Below, one piece after another: positions 49,901-57,369 of a stretch of DNA of 64,000 bases. Made by a program: the position numbers and the translations under genes. The stretch's first letter is position 1. Each line of letters starts with the position of its first letter. This DNA is from an uncultured bacterium (GTDB lineage: Bacteria; Verrucomicrobiota; Verrucomicrobiia; CAIQCK01). The stretch is from NCBI GenBank assembly GCA_903870275.1, contig CAIQCK010000103.1:3819-67818 (forward strand). Direction: 5' to 3'. The notes beneath the pieces are model-generated. The model saw nothing but the letters and a program-made list of their open reading frames with translations. It did not search any database and was not told where the DNA came from.

Positions 49901-50591
49901 CGACCGCGAGAAACAACAAAGCGAACTGGCGGCGACCGAGCCGGTTTTCGATTTCAAGGTGGAGAACAAAACCATCGCGTTGACCTGGAAACATCTCGGC
50001 GAGGTGACGATCAACTACTACCTGCTGGACCCGGAGTTTTCGTTCAGCAGCAATCCGTTTGTGAGCCAGGACGCCAGCCGGTTCAGCATCATCAAACCCA
50101 ACAAGACCGCCGCGCAACCGCTGCCGAAGGAGAAGGACGCGCTCGACGTGCCGCTGCCCGGCGAGTTTGCGAAGGCCAACGTGCTGGTGGAGATCGGCGG
50201 CGCCGGCCAGCGCAAAGCGCAGGCGTATCACGCCAACACGTTGAAACTGGCGCTGGCCGAAAACTACGGCCGGCTCGAAGCGCGCGACAGCGTCACCGGC
50301 AAGGCGGTGGCGAAGGCTTACGTGAAGGTGTATGCGCGCCTGCGCAACGGCACGGTGCGGTTCTTCAAGGACGGCTACACCGACCTGCGCGGCCGTTTCG
50401 ATTACGCGAGCCTCAACAGCGCCGGCTCCGAAATGGCGCCGGGGATGCCTGGCGAGACAGCGCCCGCGAACGGTCTCGACTACCAGATGCTCAAGCCCGC
50501 CGAGTTGGGCGAAGTGGAGAAGCTGGCGATTCTCATCCTCAGCGACACCAACGGCGCCGCCACCCGCGAGGTCAATCCGCCCCGCCAGTAG
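43959..50591 (+). CDS. giant secreted hypothetical protein (about 2210 aa) containing one autotransporter-associated beta-strand (PATR-like) motif
   Basis: Start at ATG 43959 gives a signal peptide (MTPMNIYTQFLAALAAITLLSPTGVALA). Long continuous ORF with good coding character. PATR-like motif LIKLGAGTLILNGSNSYAGGVVINAGNLSV at about 47950-48040. No other recognisable domain from sequence alone. Confidence 0.8.
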   Translation: MTPMNIYTQFLAALAAITLLSPTGVALADNEIGFIERFALAPDREKALSELVPGSEDFYYYHALHVQNARDTVKLADTLTQWKKRFPNSERRCVIENREALIGYETNPQTTLAYLREKLSLHFNHVQEARDKKPDLPSSLDPKRIARGVFEKDSLTHDGGMQSFSQTALEDLVKRQAPLDEQRRRALLAKIHRPDVSHLVEVIVADLKCKESRGFGEFAIHRALLPDQLDALVRALPALAVNEAFVLTRLRKLAPSADADIEFGTAEREAWLERVWNYTKTLPPAFNALKACVLYQRLDHDRKKSVYNHERFLEYVKLPRSFFYVNPLWLRSRTQLGEPVADLNISFADPLPGVRPVGMDEPLVRDYFVHLFAANGKADSDAHALLSPWTDYIRESWLKPILAEAMILHGIGDPERWASLLAPSEFQRLKERVDIEFPPTNTPFTTPGADVAMDVILKNTPKLLVRIYEVNALNFFLVQHRQLNTDLNLDGLVANSERTQTFDAGPFKRVRQTFKFPELRGRRGAWIVEFIGGGRSSRALVRVGQWQLLQQTGPGGDLLTVLDEQGEPVKDAVAWLDGRKFTRDEKLGRINVPFTQQPGRANIVISDTAGTFATLTQFEHHAEDYRLDAQFHVEREQLLARREATLAVRTTLMLGESHLDPAILREPKLAITTTTLDGISTTREVQDVKLTAAHELTHTLTVPERLAQLQVTLSGKVDVLSEGGAKRDLSASHTWNINGMDKTDAISDGHLSKFGGDYVFELLGKNGEPLADQQVVFAFTHRDFSRPQHIALKTNERGRIALGPLTGLRSARAKCPNNRESTWALADFERTWPGVIHARAGEAIRVPMPLHSREFSLLETRAGTFVADCTAQMKPDGEFLVIPALAAGDYSLRFRNDNRELTVKITDGKPSAGWFLGKNRQLQAKNTAPLHITGVSVEKDVIEIKLANASPFARVHVAASRFEPGRGLFGGLAGFARFGAAESAPAKQPNLYAGGREIGDEYRYILERRNGRVFPGNMLTRPGLLLNPWETRDTGLAELEQRAGEMAGATAGNRAMSRYGGGMVGTPNVMAAAGAVADSDLDFLAASEPVIFNLLPDKNGVVRVAREALADRQHVQVYAEDLDDAVWRSFALPEAGTKFTDLRLAHNLDPAKPFAQKKEIAVLKPGGAFALTDTLTGELETYDTLGSVYALFTTLSGDGNLAKFAWLLQWPKLGDEERHAKYGEFACHELNFFLWRKDAAFFEKTVRPYLANKKDKTFMDDFLLGNDLARYLEPWAYARLNVVERALLAQRAKGEAANAARHLRELWEMVPPNPDEQDRLFETALRGRALESLIKLGAGTLILNGSNSYAGGVVINAGNLSVTVAGGGALATAPLPPPGAAAPATPALVVTKDARHLSFRADQLETLAEKAPAKQSPKNLRVPMEVRAMAEQRHAIFKKAGLAMDGEEGVLRDKSESGRWGYFGADATKHARGEGRAYYRQLGATKEWAENNYYNLRIAQQNDSLVGINAFWRDYAQWVADGAKAPFVSANVAEAHNDFAEMMLALAVLDLPFEAPKHASQVTNHELRFTAASPVIIYHKEIKPTAPAAAPQAELLVSQSFFRQGDRYRQEGNEKFEKYVTEEFLAGAVYGANIVVTNPTSAPVKAEVLLQIPQGALPALGSKNTDSRRLRLEPYTTQTFEYCFYFPATPAKPNETFAHYPVNIAVAGHCAAAARPFAFNVVVKLSQMDRASWDYLSQYGSEAEVFAFLNQNNVERLDFERVAWRCRQSVDFFRKLTGFMQVHHVWNETVYSYAVVHNDTPALREWLRHKDEFLANCGPFLACKLVVLDPIERRAYEHLEYSPLVNQRAHRLGNEWRIANPAVRDQYLRLLDILAHKSALDAMDSMSVTYYLFLQDRVEEALARFKTIDPKQLPARVQHDYFRCYAGFYESNLADARAIATGYRDFAVPRWQKLFAEVARQLDEIEDKAVVASKKSADDKPDREKQQSELAATEPVFDFKVENKTIALTWKHLGEVTINYYLLDPEFSFSSNPFVSQDASRFSIIKPNKTAAQPLPKEKDALDVPLPGEFAKANVLVEIGGAGQRKAQAYHANTLKLALAENYGRLEARDSVTGKAVAKAYVKVYARLRNGTVRFFKDGYTDLRGRFDYASLNSAGSEMAPGMPGETAPANGLDYQMLKPAELGEVEKLAILILSDTNGAATREVNPPRQ

Positions 50592-50747
50592 CGACGCACG
50601 GCGAAAGCGGGAATTCATTGCGGTTTTTGAGATTTCCGGGATGAACTCTGTTGCTTGCTCAGGCTCAAGCAAATCAAAACTCTGTTTCGGATCTAGAGGA
50701 AACACTTCACGCCCACCGGCCAGGGCAAAAGGCTGACAACGCTTCCG

Positions 50748-53222
50748 TCACTTCAACGACCAGGCTTCGAGTCGTCTGGCACCGGTATAGAGAATCTGCC
50801 CGTTCGGCGCAAACGCCAGGGCGATCCCCGGCCCGACCGCATTCACCCGGTTGAACTGAATCTCCACCAGCAACTCGCCGGTACCGATGCGAAACACTCC
50901 AATCCGGCCTTTGTCCGTATTCAAAGGCGCCCCGACGATGGCCAGCCAGCGGCCATCGGGTGAGAAGACCAGCGAGCACGCCCGGTCCGCCACCGGGTAG
51001 GCAAAGCCTTGCTGGAGCCTGCCCGTCGCCACATCCCACAGCCGAGTTCCGTCCCCTGCCGTGGCCGTGGCAAGGCAGCGGCCATCGGACGAAAAAGCCA
51101 GTCCGCTTACTTGGCCGGCATGTTCGTCAAACTGCCGCAATAGCTTGCCCGTGGCGGTGTCAAACAGTCTTATCGTTTTCGTTGAGACCGAGCCGCCGCC
51201 CGCGGCCAGCAGACTGCCGTCAGGCGACACCGCGACGACGCTCTTCACGCCGCTGTCGCCCTTGTGCTGCCACAAAGCGCGCCCGCTCCCGATATCAAAA
51301 CAGGCGATGTCGTTGAAACCGGCATAACCCAGGCGGAGCGCGGCGCGATCAAACGCAAAAGGACCAAGGCCAATGCCGCTGCTGGGCCTGCCTTTCAGTT
51401 CGATCTCCGAAACCAACTTCCGCTCGGCGACATCCCACTCACTTAACCACCCCTGTTGGTGAACTAGCACCACCTTATGTCCGGTATCGTGGAACGCCGT
51501 CCCCAGACACCAAGACCTGGGCTCGCGCGGAACCTGCCACACAGAGTTCCCCGATTTCGCCTCCCAGATTTCGACCGTTCCGTTGGTGAGCGTTGCCAAC
51601 AACTGGCCGTCGGGCGAGAGAATGAGATGCGACGGGTTGACGAAGAGCGGTGTGGCATAGACAGGTTCGGTGAGGATTTGCCTGGGCAGAGGCGACGGCT
51701 TGGGCGCTGGCTGTTCGGCCAGGTCATATTCATTGCGGAGCAAGTTCCGCCATTGGGCCAGCACCGTCTTCTGGTCGGCTGAACTCCGAGGCTGGGCGTC
51801 GTAGATACTCCGCACGCTGACGAGCGGTTCAGGCCGGCCGGCGTTCGAAATCTCCAGCATCTCTTTGAGTGTGTGCCAGTCGGTCAACTCGAACCGGGGA
51901 TGCTTCATTAACGCGATGAGCAATTCCCTCGTGTCGGGGCGCGCAGCCACCCGCACTTCCTGCAAGAATATTTCCGGCTGGTGGAAAGGATCTCTTGCCG
52001 TGACGAGTGCCTTATAGAACCAATCGGTGAGAAAATCCTTCTCCGCGGCGCCACAAACCCGCCACAAACCGCCGGTCAAATAGCCTGCGGCGCCGACATA
52101 ATCCCTTGTTTCGTGTTTCAGCGCCGTCCGCAGGATGTCGCCGGCGCGGGCGGGTTGCAGCGCCGCCGCGCCGATGGACCATGCCGGGTTGACGCCGTGA
52201 TAATCACGTTCCGCATCCTCGCAGGTGAGCAGCGCGCCGGCATCCTCCGGTCGCAGCAATTGGGCGGCATGACGAAGGATGAAATTGGCGATTCTCACAA
52301 AGTTAGGGTTCTTTTTGTTTTCCATCCGCAGGTCTGGATCGTCCGTCACCGGCTTGCGTTGGAGAAATCGCAACAGCGCTTCCGGCCCCAGTTCGCAGGC
52401 CGTGGCCAGCAGTTCCCGGTCTGACGCCAAACAATGTTCCGCCATGTATCCCTCGTTCCAACCTTCGGGGCATAAAACAAAAAGCCGTGTCCATGCGCGC
52501 TCCCTTGGAGGCAGTGCGTCCATCTCCGTCAAGACCCGCTTGATGTCCGATTGGTATTCCGGCTGAATCGGACTTGTTTCGCGCGTGGCGCGGTTCATTT
52601 TGACTGCGAACCAACCCGCCGAATACTGGCGGCCTTCATATTTCTTCCAGTATTTCTTGAAGATTTCCGCCGTCACCCGCGTCTCCCGTTCATCCGAAAC
52701 TCCCCAAAACTTGAGCATGGCTTGAGCCACGTGATCCACCGTCTGCGGACTCTCTAACTCGTCCACGGGACGCGGGCCTCCCATGCTGCTCATGAGTGCG
52801 CTGTTCATGAATTCGTGGAGGTCCGGGAACGTGGGAGCCTCATCGTCCACGAGCGATGCGATCAGCGGCAAATCCCGTCCATCTTCGCGCTCAAAAAGCG
52901 CGCCCAACGCCAGCGTTCGCATCTTCGGGTTGGGATGTTCGAGCAGTGCCGCCAAACTCTCGCGGTTGCCACTCAACGCGCGAAGCTCGCGCGCCAGACG
53001 ATCCTGCTGCGCCGCCAGCCGGTCATTATCCCACAGCCGCAACTGCCGGTTATAAATGAGGGTGGTTCGCGCGAAGTGACTGTAGGTCTGCGCCATCCGT
53101 TCCAACTGGATCTGAACCTGATTGCCGGTGGCGTCGGCCGCTGACAAGGCCGTAGCCGCCAGAAGCCATGCTGCAAACGTGCCGATGCGAGAGAGGGACC
53201 GGTGTTTCAGTTTGCGGAACAT
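50748..53222 (-). CDS. secreted protein with N-terminal alpha-helical domain and C-terminal WD40/beta-propeller repeats
   Basis: Signal peptide (IGTFAAWLLAATALSAADA). C-terminal about 300 aa with WD-like repeats (LSPDGQLLATL..GTVEIWE; AVSPDGSLLAAGG..TIRLFD; AFSSDGRCLATAT..GTRLWD; VFSPDGRWLAIVG). Confidence 0.8.
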   Translation of the reverse strand: MFRKLKHRSLSRIGTFAAWLLAATALSAADATGNQVQIQLERMAQTYSHFARTTLIYNRQLRLWDNDRLAAQQDRLARELRALSGNRESLAALLEHPNPKMRTLALGALFEREDGRDLPLIASLVDDEAPTFPDLHEFMNSALMSSMGGPRPVDELESPQTVDHVAQAMLKFWGVSDERETRVTAEIFKKYWKKYEGRQYSAGWFAVKMNRATRETSPIQPEYQSDIKRVLTEMDALPPRERAWTRLFVLCPEGWNEGYMAEHCLASDRELLATACELGPEALLRFLQRKPVTDDPDLRMENKKNPNFVRIANFILRHAAQLLRPEDAGALLTCEDAERDYHGVNPAWSIGAAALQPARAGDILRTALKHETRDYVGAAGYLTGGLWRVCGAAEKDFLTDWFYKALVTARDPFHQPEIFLQEVRVAARPDTRELLIALMKHPRFELTDWHTLKEMLEISNAGRPEPLVSVRSIYDAQPRSSADQKTVLAQWRNLLRNEYDLAEQPAPKPSPLPRQILTEPVYATPLFVNPSHLILSPDGQLLATLTNGTVEIWEAKSGNSVWQVPREPRSWCLGTAFHDTGHKVVLVHQQGWLSEWDVAERKLVSEIELKGRPSSGIGLGPFAFDRAALRLGYAGFNDIACFDIGSGRALWQHKGDSGVKSVVAVSPDGSLLAAGGGSVSTKTIRLFDTATGKLLRQFDEHAGQVSGLAFSSDGRCLATATAGDGTRLWDVATGRLQQGFAYPVADRACSLVFSPDGRWLAIVGAPLNTDKGRIGVFRIGTGELLVEIQFNRVNAVGPGIALAFAPNGQILYTGARRLEAWSLK

Positions 53223-53230
53223 GGGATGCC

Positions 53231-55657
53231 TTAGTTGATCGTTCCTGCGCCCGCCGATGCGCGCCGCTGCCGGAGACGTGTCAATGATGACTTCGCCGTC
53301 TGGGTAAGCGGAGCGGCGGGGTCGCCGTGAGTCAGTGTTTCAATCACGGACTCCGCCGCAGCCACGCGGCTGTGTTCGAGCGCCATCACGGCCCGCGGAG
53401 GACGCAGGCGCGCGGATAACGGCAGCAATTTAATTTGCTCTGGGTCGGAGACCGTCGCCGGGCGCAGACGCGCAGCCATGAAAGCCACGGCCGCTTCACC
53501 ACCGGCTGCGAGTGTCCACGCGGCTTGATGCGCAGCCCAATGGTCATTGCTGCCAAGCACCTGCCACAAGGATTCCATTTCGGCCTGCGTCAGCGCGAGG
53601 GCGGGCAATCGGCCGTGTTGCAGCCGGCCGGTCATGTCCCAAACCAAGGCGTCAGCGTCGTCTGGCGTGACCAGCATGGTGTCGTCGGGGAAAAAAGCTA
53701 GCGCACGGCCATCTCTTCTGCCGGTTTTCCAGCGGTGGATTTCCTTCCTGGTCAGCACCTCCCAGAACGCAATCTCACCAAACCGGATCGTCGCCAGAAG
53801 GCAGCCATCAGAAGAAATCGCAGCGGCCGCCTCGTGACTTCCCTTCGCAAGGATTTCACCCGTCTTCGCGTCCCAAACACCGCTGCCCACCGCCAGCCAG
53901 TCGCCATCGGGCGAGACGGCAAGGCTTGGGAGCAAATGGTTGGCGCCCTTGAGCGCGCGGACATCTTCGCCCGTCGTCAGGTCTCGCAAGGCCAGATTCT
54001 GGTATTCACCCGCCCACCAAGCTTGGCTGCCGTCTGATGTGGGTTGCACTGAATAGACAGGTTTCTTGGGGCGCGCGGCTTTTTTTTCAGCGCCGGCACC
54101 GTTCGTTGGTTGCGCCGCAGGGATCGGTGCTTTCGGGTTGTCTATTGAACGCAGCAGCTTACCGGAGGCGGCTTCCCACACGCACATCCCATTCCGTGCA
54201 CCCGTCAACACCTCTTTGCCGTCCGCCAGAAACGCCACAGGTCCGTTGCCTTGGTGGTTTTTTCCAAATTGCGAAACCGGTTCTCCGGTCGCCGTATCAA
54301 AAAGAAAGAACGTGTCACCGCCATTGATCCAAGCTGTCGCGGCAAGGACGCGGCCATCGGGCGAAAACCTCAAATGTTGCACACCCCAATGAGACCCCAC
54401 GCCTTCGATCCGTTTCCGTTCTCGCGCTTCCGGCCAAGTCCACAGAATGATTCTGCCGTCCTGGCCGCCCGTGGCGATCGTCCTGCCATCCGGCGACACC
54501 GCGACCGCCTGTACCGGTTCGTCATGGCCGCAGCCGGGATTGATCTCCTGCCAGGTGTCCGTGTTCCAAAACCGAACACGATGCCCCTGTCCGGTGGCGA
54601 GGGTTTTCCCATCGGGCGAAAAGGCCAACGCTCCAACAGCTTCATGACTGGCTGGCAGACGATGAAGTTCTTGGCCGGTGACGGGGTCGTAGATTCTGAC
54701 CATTTCAGAACCCTTGGCGGCAAACCATCGGCCATCGGGCGAGAACACGCCCCCGCTGTAAGTGCCCGGCACATCATGCAACTCTTGTCCCGTGGCGGGA
54801 TCCCAGAATCGCAAAAACGCCCGATGGGCTCCGGGAATTGGCACCATGCAGGAACCCACCACTATTTTGCCGTTGGGTGAAAAGGCGAACCACGCATGAA
54901 AACCCGTCCCACCCGCCAGCCGAACGGGCGGACCTTCCGTATGGACGGGGCAAACCCACATCTCACCTTCGAAGGAACGCCCCCGGGAATAGGCCAAGGC
55001 GAGATACTGGTCGTCCGGAGAAAATTGCAGAGCCGAGACCAACGGAGAAAATTGCATTTTTTGAAACAACTTCTCATCCGATTTCCAACGCCGCAGTTCT
55101 TTCGCCTGTTCCACATCCCAGAAGATGATGTCGCCGCCATCGCCACTGGCTGCTTGAAGCCCGTCCGCGCTCAAGGCCACGGCGCGAGATATCTCCTTCG
55201 CACCGGTCAATTCGGAGCGGCGCTCCCCGGTGGCCGCATCGAAAACATGGATGATTGGAGGCCCGTTCTCCGCCAGCACCACCGTCCGCCAATCCCGCGA
55301 AATCGCGCCAGCCGTCACGAAGGATGTGGGCTTGAACACCTGCCGTTTTTTTCCTGTCGCCACGTCCCAAAGACCGACTTCGTTCCCTGCCTCCGTGAAC
55401 AACACCGATCCATCGGGCGAAAACGCCAAGCTGCGAATGTGTTCCTGGTGCATAAACCTGTGCGAGCCGAGGCGCGCCACTGTTTTTAGAGCGGCTTCAT
55501 CGCCACCCACGGGTTCCGCGCCAATCGCCACTGCCAGTGTTGGATCCCCTGCAATAGTCAACAACATCGAGAGAACGGCCCCCTCCAACATAGATCGAGT
55601 TTTTCCAAGCACTCTTCTCCAGATTCCCGATTTCCGCCAAACAAAAGCTGTTGTCAT
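53231..55657 (-). CDS. WD40-repeat protein (multiple propeller blades) with C-terminal helical domain
   Basis: More than 12 WD-like repeats (AFSPDG..L......WD). Alternative start at MLEGAVLSMLL (about 55591). Confidence 0.8.
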   Translation of the reverse strand: MTTAFVWRKSGIWRRVLGKTRSMLEGAVLSMLLTIAGDPTLAVAIGAEPVGGDEAALKTVARLGSHRFMHQEHIRSLAFSPDGSVLFTEAGNEVGLWDVATGKKRQVFKPTSFVTAGAISRDWRTVVLAENGPPIIHVFDAATGERRSELTGAKEISRAVALSADGLQAASGDGGDIIFWDVEQAKELRRWKSDEKLFQKMQFSPLVSALQFSPDDQYLALAYSRGRSFEGEMWVCPVHTEGPPVRLAGGTGFHAWFAFSPNGKIVVGSCMVPIPGAHRAFLRFWDPATGQELHDVPGTYSGGVFSPDGRWFAAKGSEMVRIYDPVTGQELHRLPASHEAVGALAFSPDGKTLATGQGHRVRFWNTDTWQEINPGCGHDEPVQAVAVSPDGRTIATGGQDGRIILWTWPEARERKRIEGVGSHWGVQHLRFSPDGRVLAATAWINGGDTFFLFDTATGEPVSQFGKNHQGNGPVAFLADGKEVLTGARNGMCVWEAASGKLLRSIDNPKAPIPAAQPTNGAGAEKKAARPKKPVYSVQPTSDGSQAWWAGEYQNLALRDLTTGEDVRALKGANHLLPSLAVSPDGDWLAVGSGVWDAKTGEILAKGSHEAAAAISSDGCLLATIRFGEIAFWEVLTRKEIHRWKTGRRDGRALAFFPDDTMLVTPDDADALVWDMTGRLQHGRLPALALTQAEMESLWQVLGSNDHWAAHQAAWTLAAGGEAAVAFMAARLRPATVSDPEQIKLLPLSARLRPPRAVMALEHSRVAAAESVIETLTHGDPAAPLTQTAKSSLTRLRQRRASAGAGTIN

Positions 55658-55719
55658 GGGTCACCTCGATACGAGCATCACCGCTGCGGTTATCAATGCG
55701 AGTCGGTTCATAAGTGCCT

Positions 55720-57192
55720 TTATGGCGTCGGTTCGGGCGGATCTGGTTTCTTGGTCTTCGGCGCCGGCGACACGGGGGCGGACCCGACAGCAGGCTTGCG
55801 CAGTTTGTTCAGCGCCTCGGCGGCAAAGTGGCGCACGTCCCGATCTGTATCAATCAAGCAGGCGGTCAGTGGGTTGATGGCTCGCGTGTCCCCCAGCCTG
55901 CCCAGCGCCCAAGCGGCTTGGCAGCGGACCTGCTGATTCTTATCGTTCAAGCAAGCGATCAGCAGATCAACGGCTCGCTTGTCACCCAGCTTGCCCAACG
56001 CCCAAGCAGCTAGCCAGCGGACCTGCTGATTCTGGTCTTTCAAGCAAATGATCAGCGGCTCGACGGCTCGCTTGTCCCCCAGCTTGCCTAGGGACTCGGC
56101 AGAGTTACTGCGCACCGACCACGCTTCATCTTTCAGGCAGGCGATCAACGGTTCAACGGCCCGCACATCCCCCAAATCGCCCAACGCCGCGGCGGCAGGC
56201 CAAGACAGACGATTGTCCCGGTCTTGGTCCGTCAAGCAGGCGATCAGCGGCTCCAAAGCCCGCTTGTCCCCCACGTGGCCCAGCGCATGGGCGGCTATTC
56301 TGCGCACGACCCAATCCTGGTCTTTCAAGCAGGCGATCAACGGCTCGACGGCCCGTTCGTTCCCCGGTTTGCCCAGCGCCATGGCGGCATGCCAGCGCAT
56401 GACCTTGTCCTCATCCTTCAAACAGGCGATCAGATGCTCAACGGCTCGCACATCCTCCAGTTTGCCCAGGACCGAGATGGCGCCCCAGCGCATGTTCTCA
56501 TCTGGACCTTTCGAGCAGACAATGAGCGGCTCGACGACTGGCTTGCCCAGCTTGCCCAGCGCCTTGGCGGCGCCTGATCTCACACTCCGATCTTGATCTT
56601 TCAAACAGCCGATCAGCGGCTCGACGGCTGGTTTGCCCAACTTGCCCAGCGCCTCGGCGGTATGGTAGACTACATACAGTTCCTGATTCTTCATCAACTT
56701 CAAGCAGGCGATCAGCGGCTCGACGGCCCGCGCGTCTCCGAGTTTGCCCAGTGCCTCGGCGGCGACCCACCGCAGATTCTGATTCTGATCCTTCAAGCAA
56801 GCGATCAGAGGCTCAACGGCTTGTGCGTCTCCGAGTTTGCCCAACGCCTCGCCGGCGGCCCTGAACACCCTGTATTCTTGATCCTTCAGGCAGGCGATCA
56901 ACGGCTCAACTGCCCGCTTGTCCCCCAGTTTGCCCAGCGCCACAGCCGCACCCGCGCGCACACGCAAATCCGAATCCTTCAAGCAGGCGATCAACGGCCC
57001 GATGGCCCGCTTGTCGCCCAGGTCGCCCAGCGCATAAACCGCACTCTCGCGTCCAAAAAAGCCAAGCGGATCATTCAACTCGTTGATTCGTTCTTGAACG
57101 GTGTCGGTCGTTCCCACCGCCCCGGCCGCCGCAAGACTCATGCAAAGCGTTATTGAACGAATCAACGCCACGACAAAAGGCTTCACGTTCAT
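55720..57192 (-). CDS. HEAT-repeat (PBS-lyase type) protein, about 14 tandem repeats
   Basis: Signal peptide; repeat unit about 31 aa LGDKRAVEPLIACLKDQ...VR..AA.AL repeated throughout; 490 aa. Confidence 0.85.
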   Translation of the reverse strand: MNVKPFVVALIRSITLCMSLAAAGAVGTTDTVQERINELNDPLGFFGRESAVYALGDLGDKRAIGPLIACLKDSDLRVRAGAAVALGKLGDKRAVEPLIACLKDQEYRVFRAAGEALGKLGDAQAVEPLIACLKDQNQNLRWVAAEALGKLGDARAVEPLIACLKLMKNQELYVVYHTAEALGKLGKPAVEPLIGCLKDQDRSVRSGAAKALGKLGKPVVEPLIVCSKGPDENMRWGAISVLGKLEDVRAVEHLIACLKDEDKVMRWHAAMALGKPGNERAVEPLIACLKDQDWVVRRIAAHALGHVGDKRALEPLIACLTDQDRDNRLSWPAAAALGDLGDVRAVEPLIACLKDEAWSVRSNSAESLGKLGDKRAVEPLIICLKDQNQQVRWLAAWALGKLGDKRAVDLLIACLNDKNQQVRCQAAWALGRLGDTRAINPLTACLIDTDRDVRHFAAEALNKLRKPAVGSAPVSPAPKTKKPDPPEPTP

Positions 57193-57369
57193 ATGGCTGC
57201 CTTCATTTTATAACGAACGGTTGCCGATCCGCTTCACCGGTGCAGCCGCCGTTGTTGAGTCCAAGCATTGTGTGTCCGGAGCGCCCGCATGAACTTGTTG
57301 TCGTGTATGCGGCCATCTGTGTTCATCCGGGAATCTGTCAATGATCAGGAGTTGTGACCCCACGCGAAG

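Noticed and set aside
50651-50673. 7-bp hairpin TTGCTTG-N8-CAAGCAA between the convergent giant-protein and WD40 genes
   Set aside because: Short AT-containing stem without clear U-tract. Plausible terminator but evidence too weak to list as a feature.
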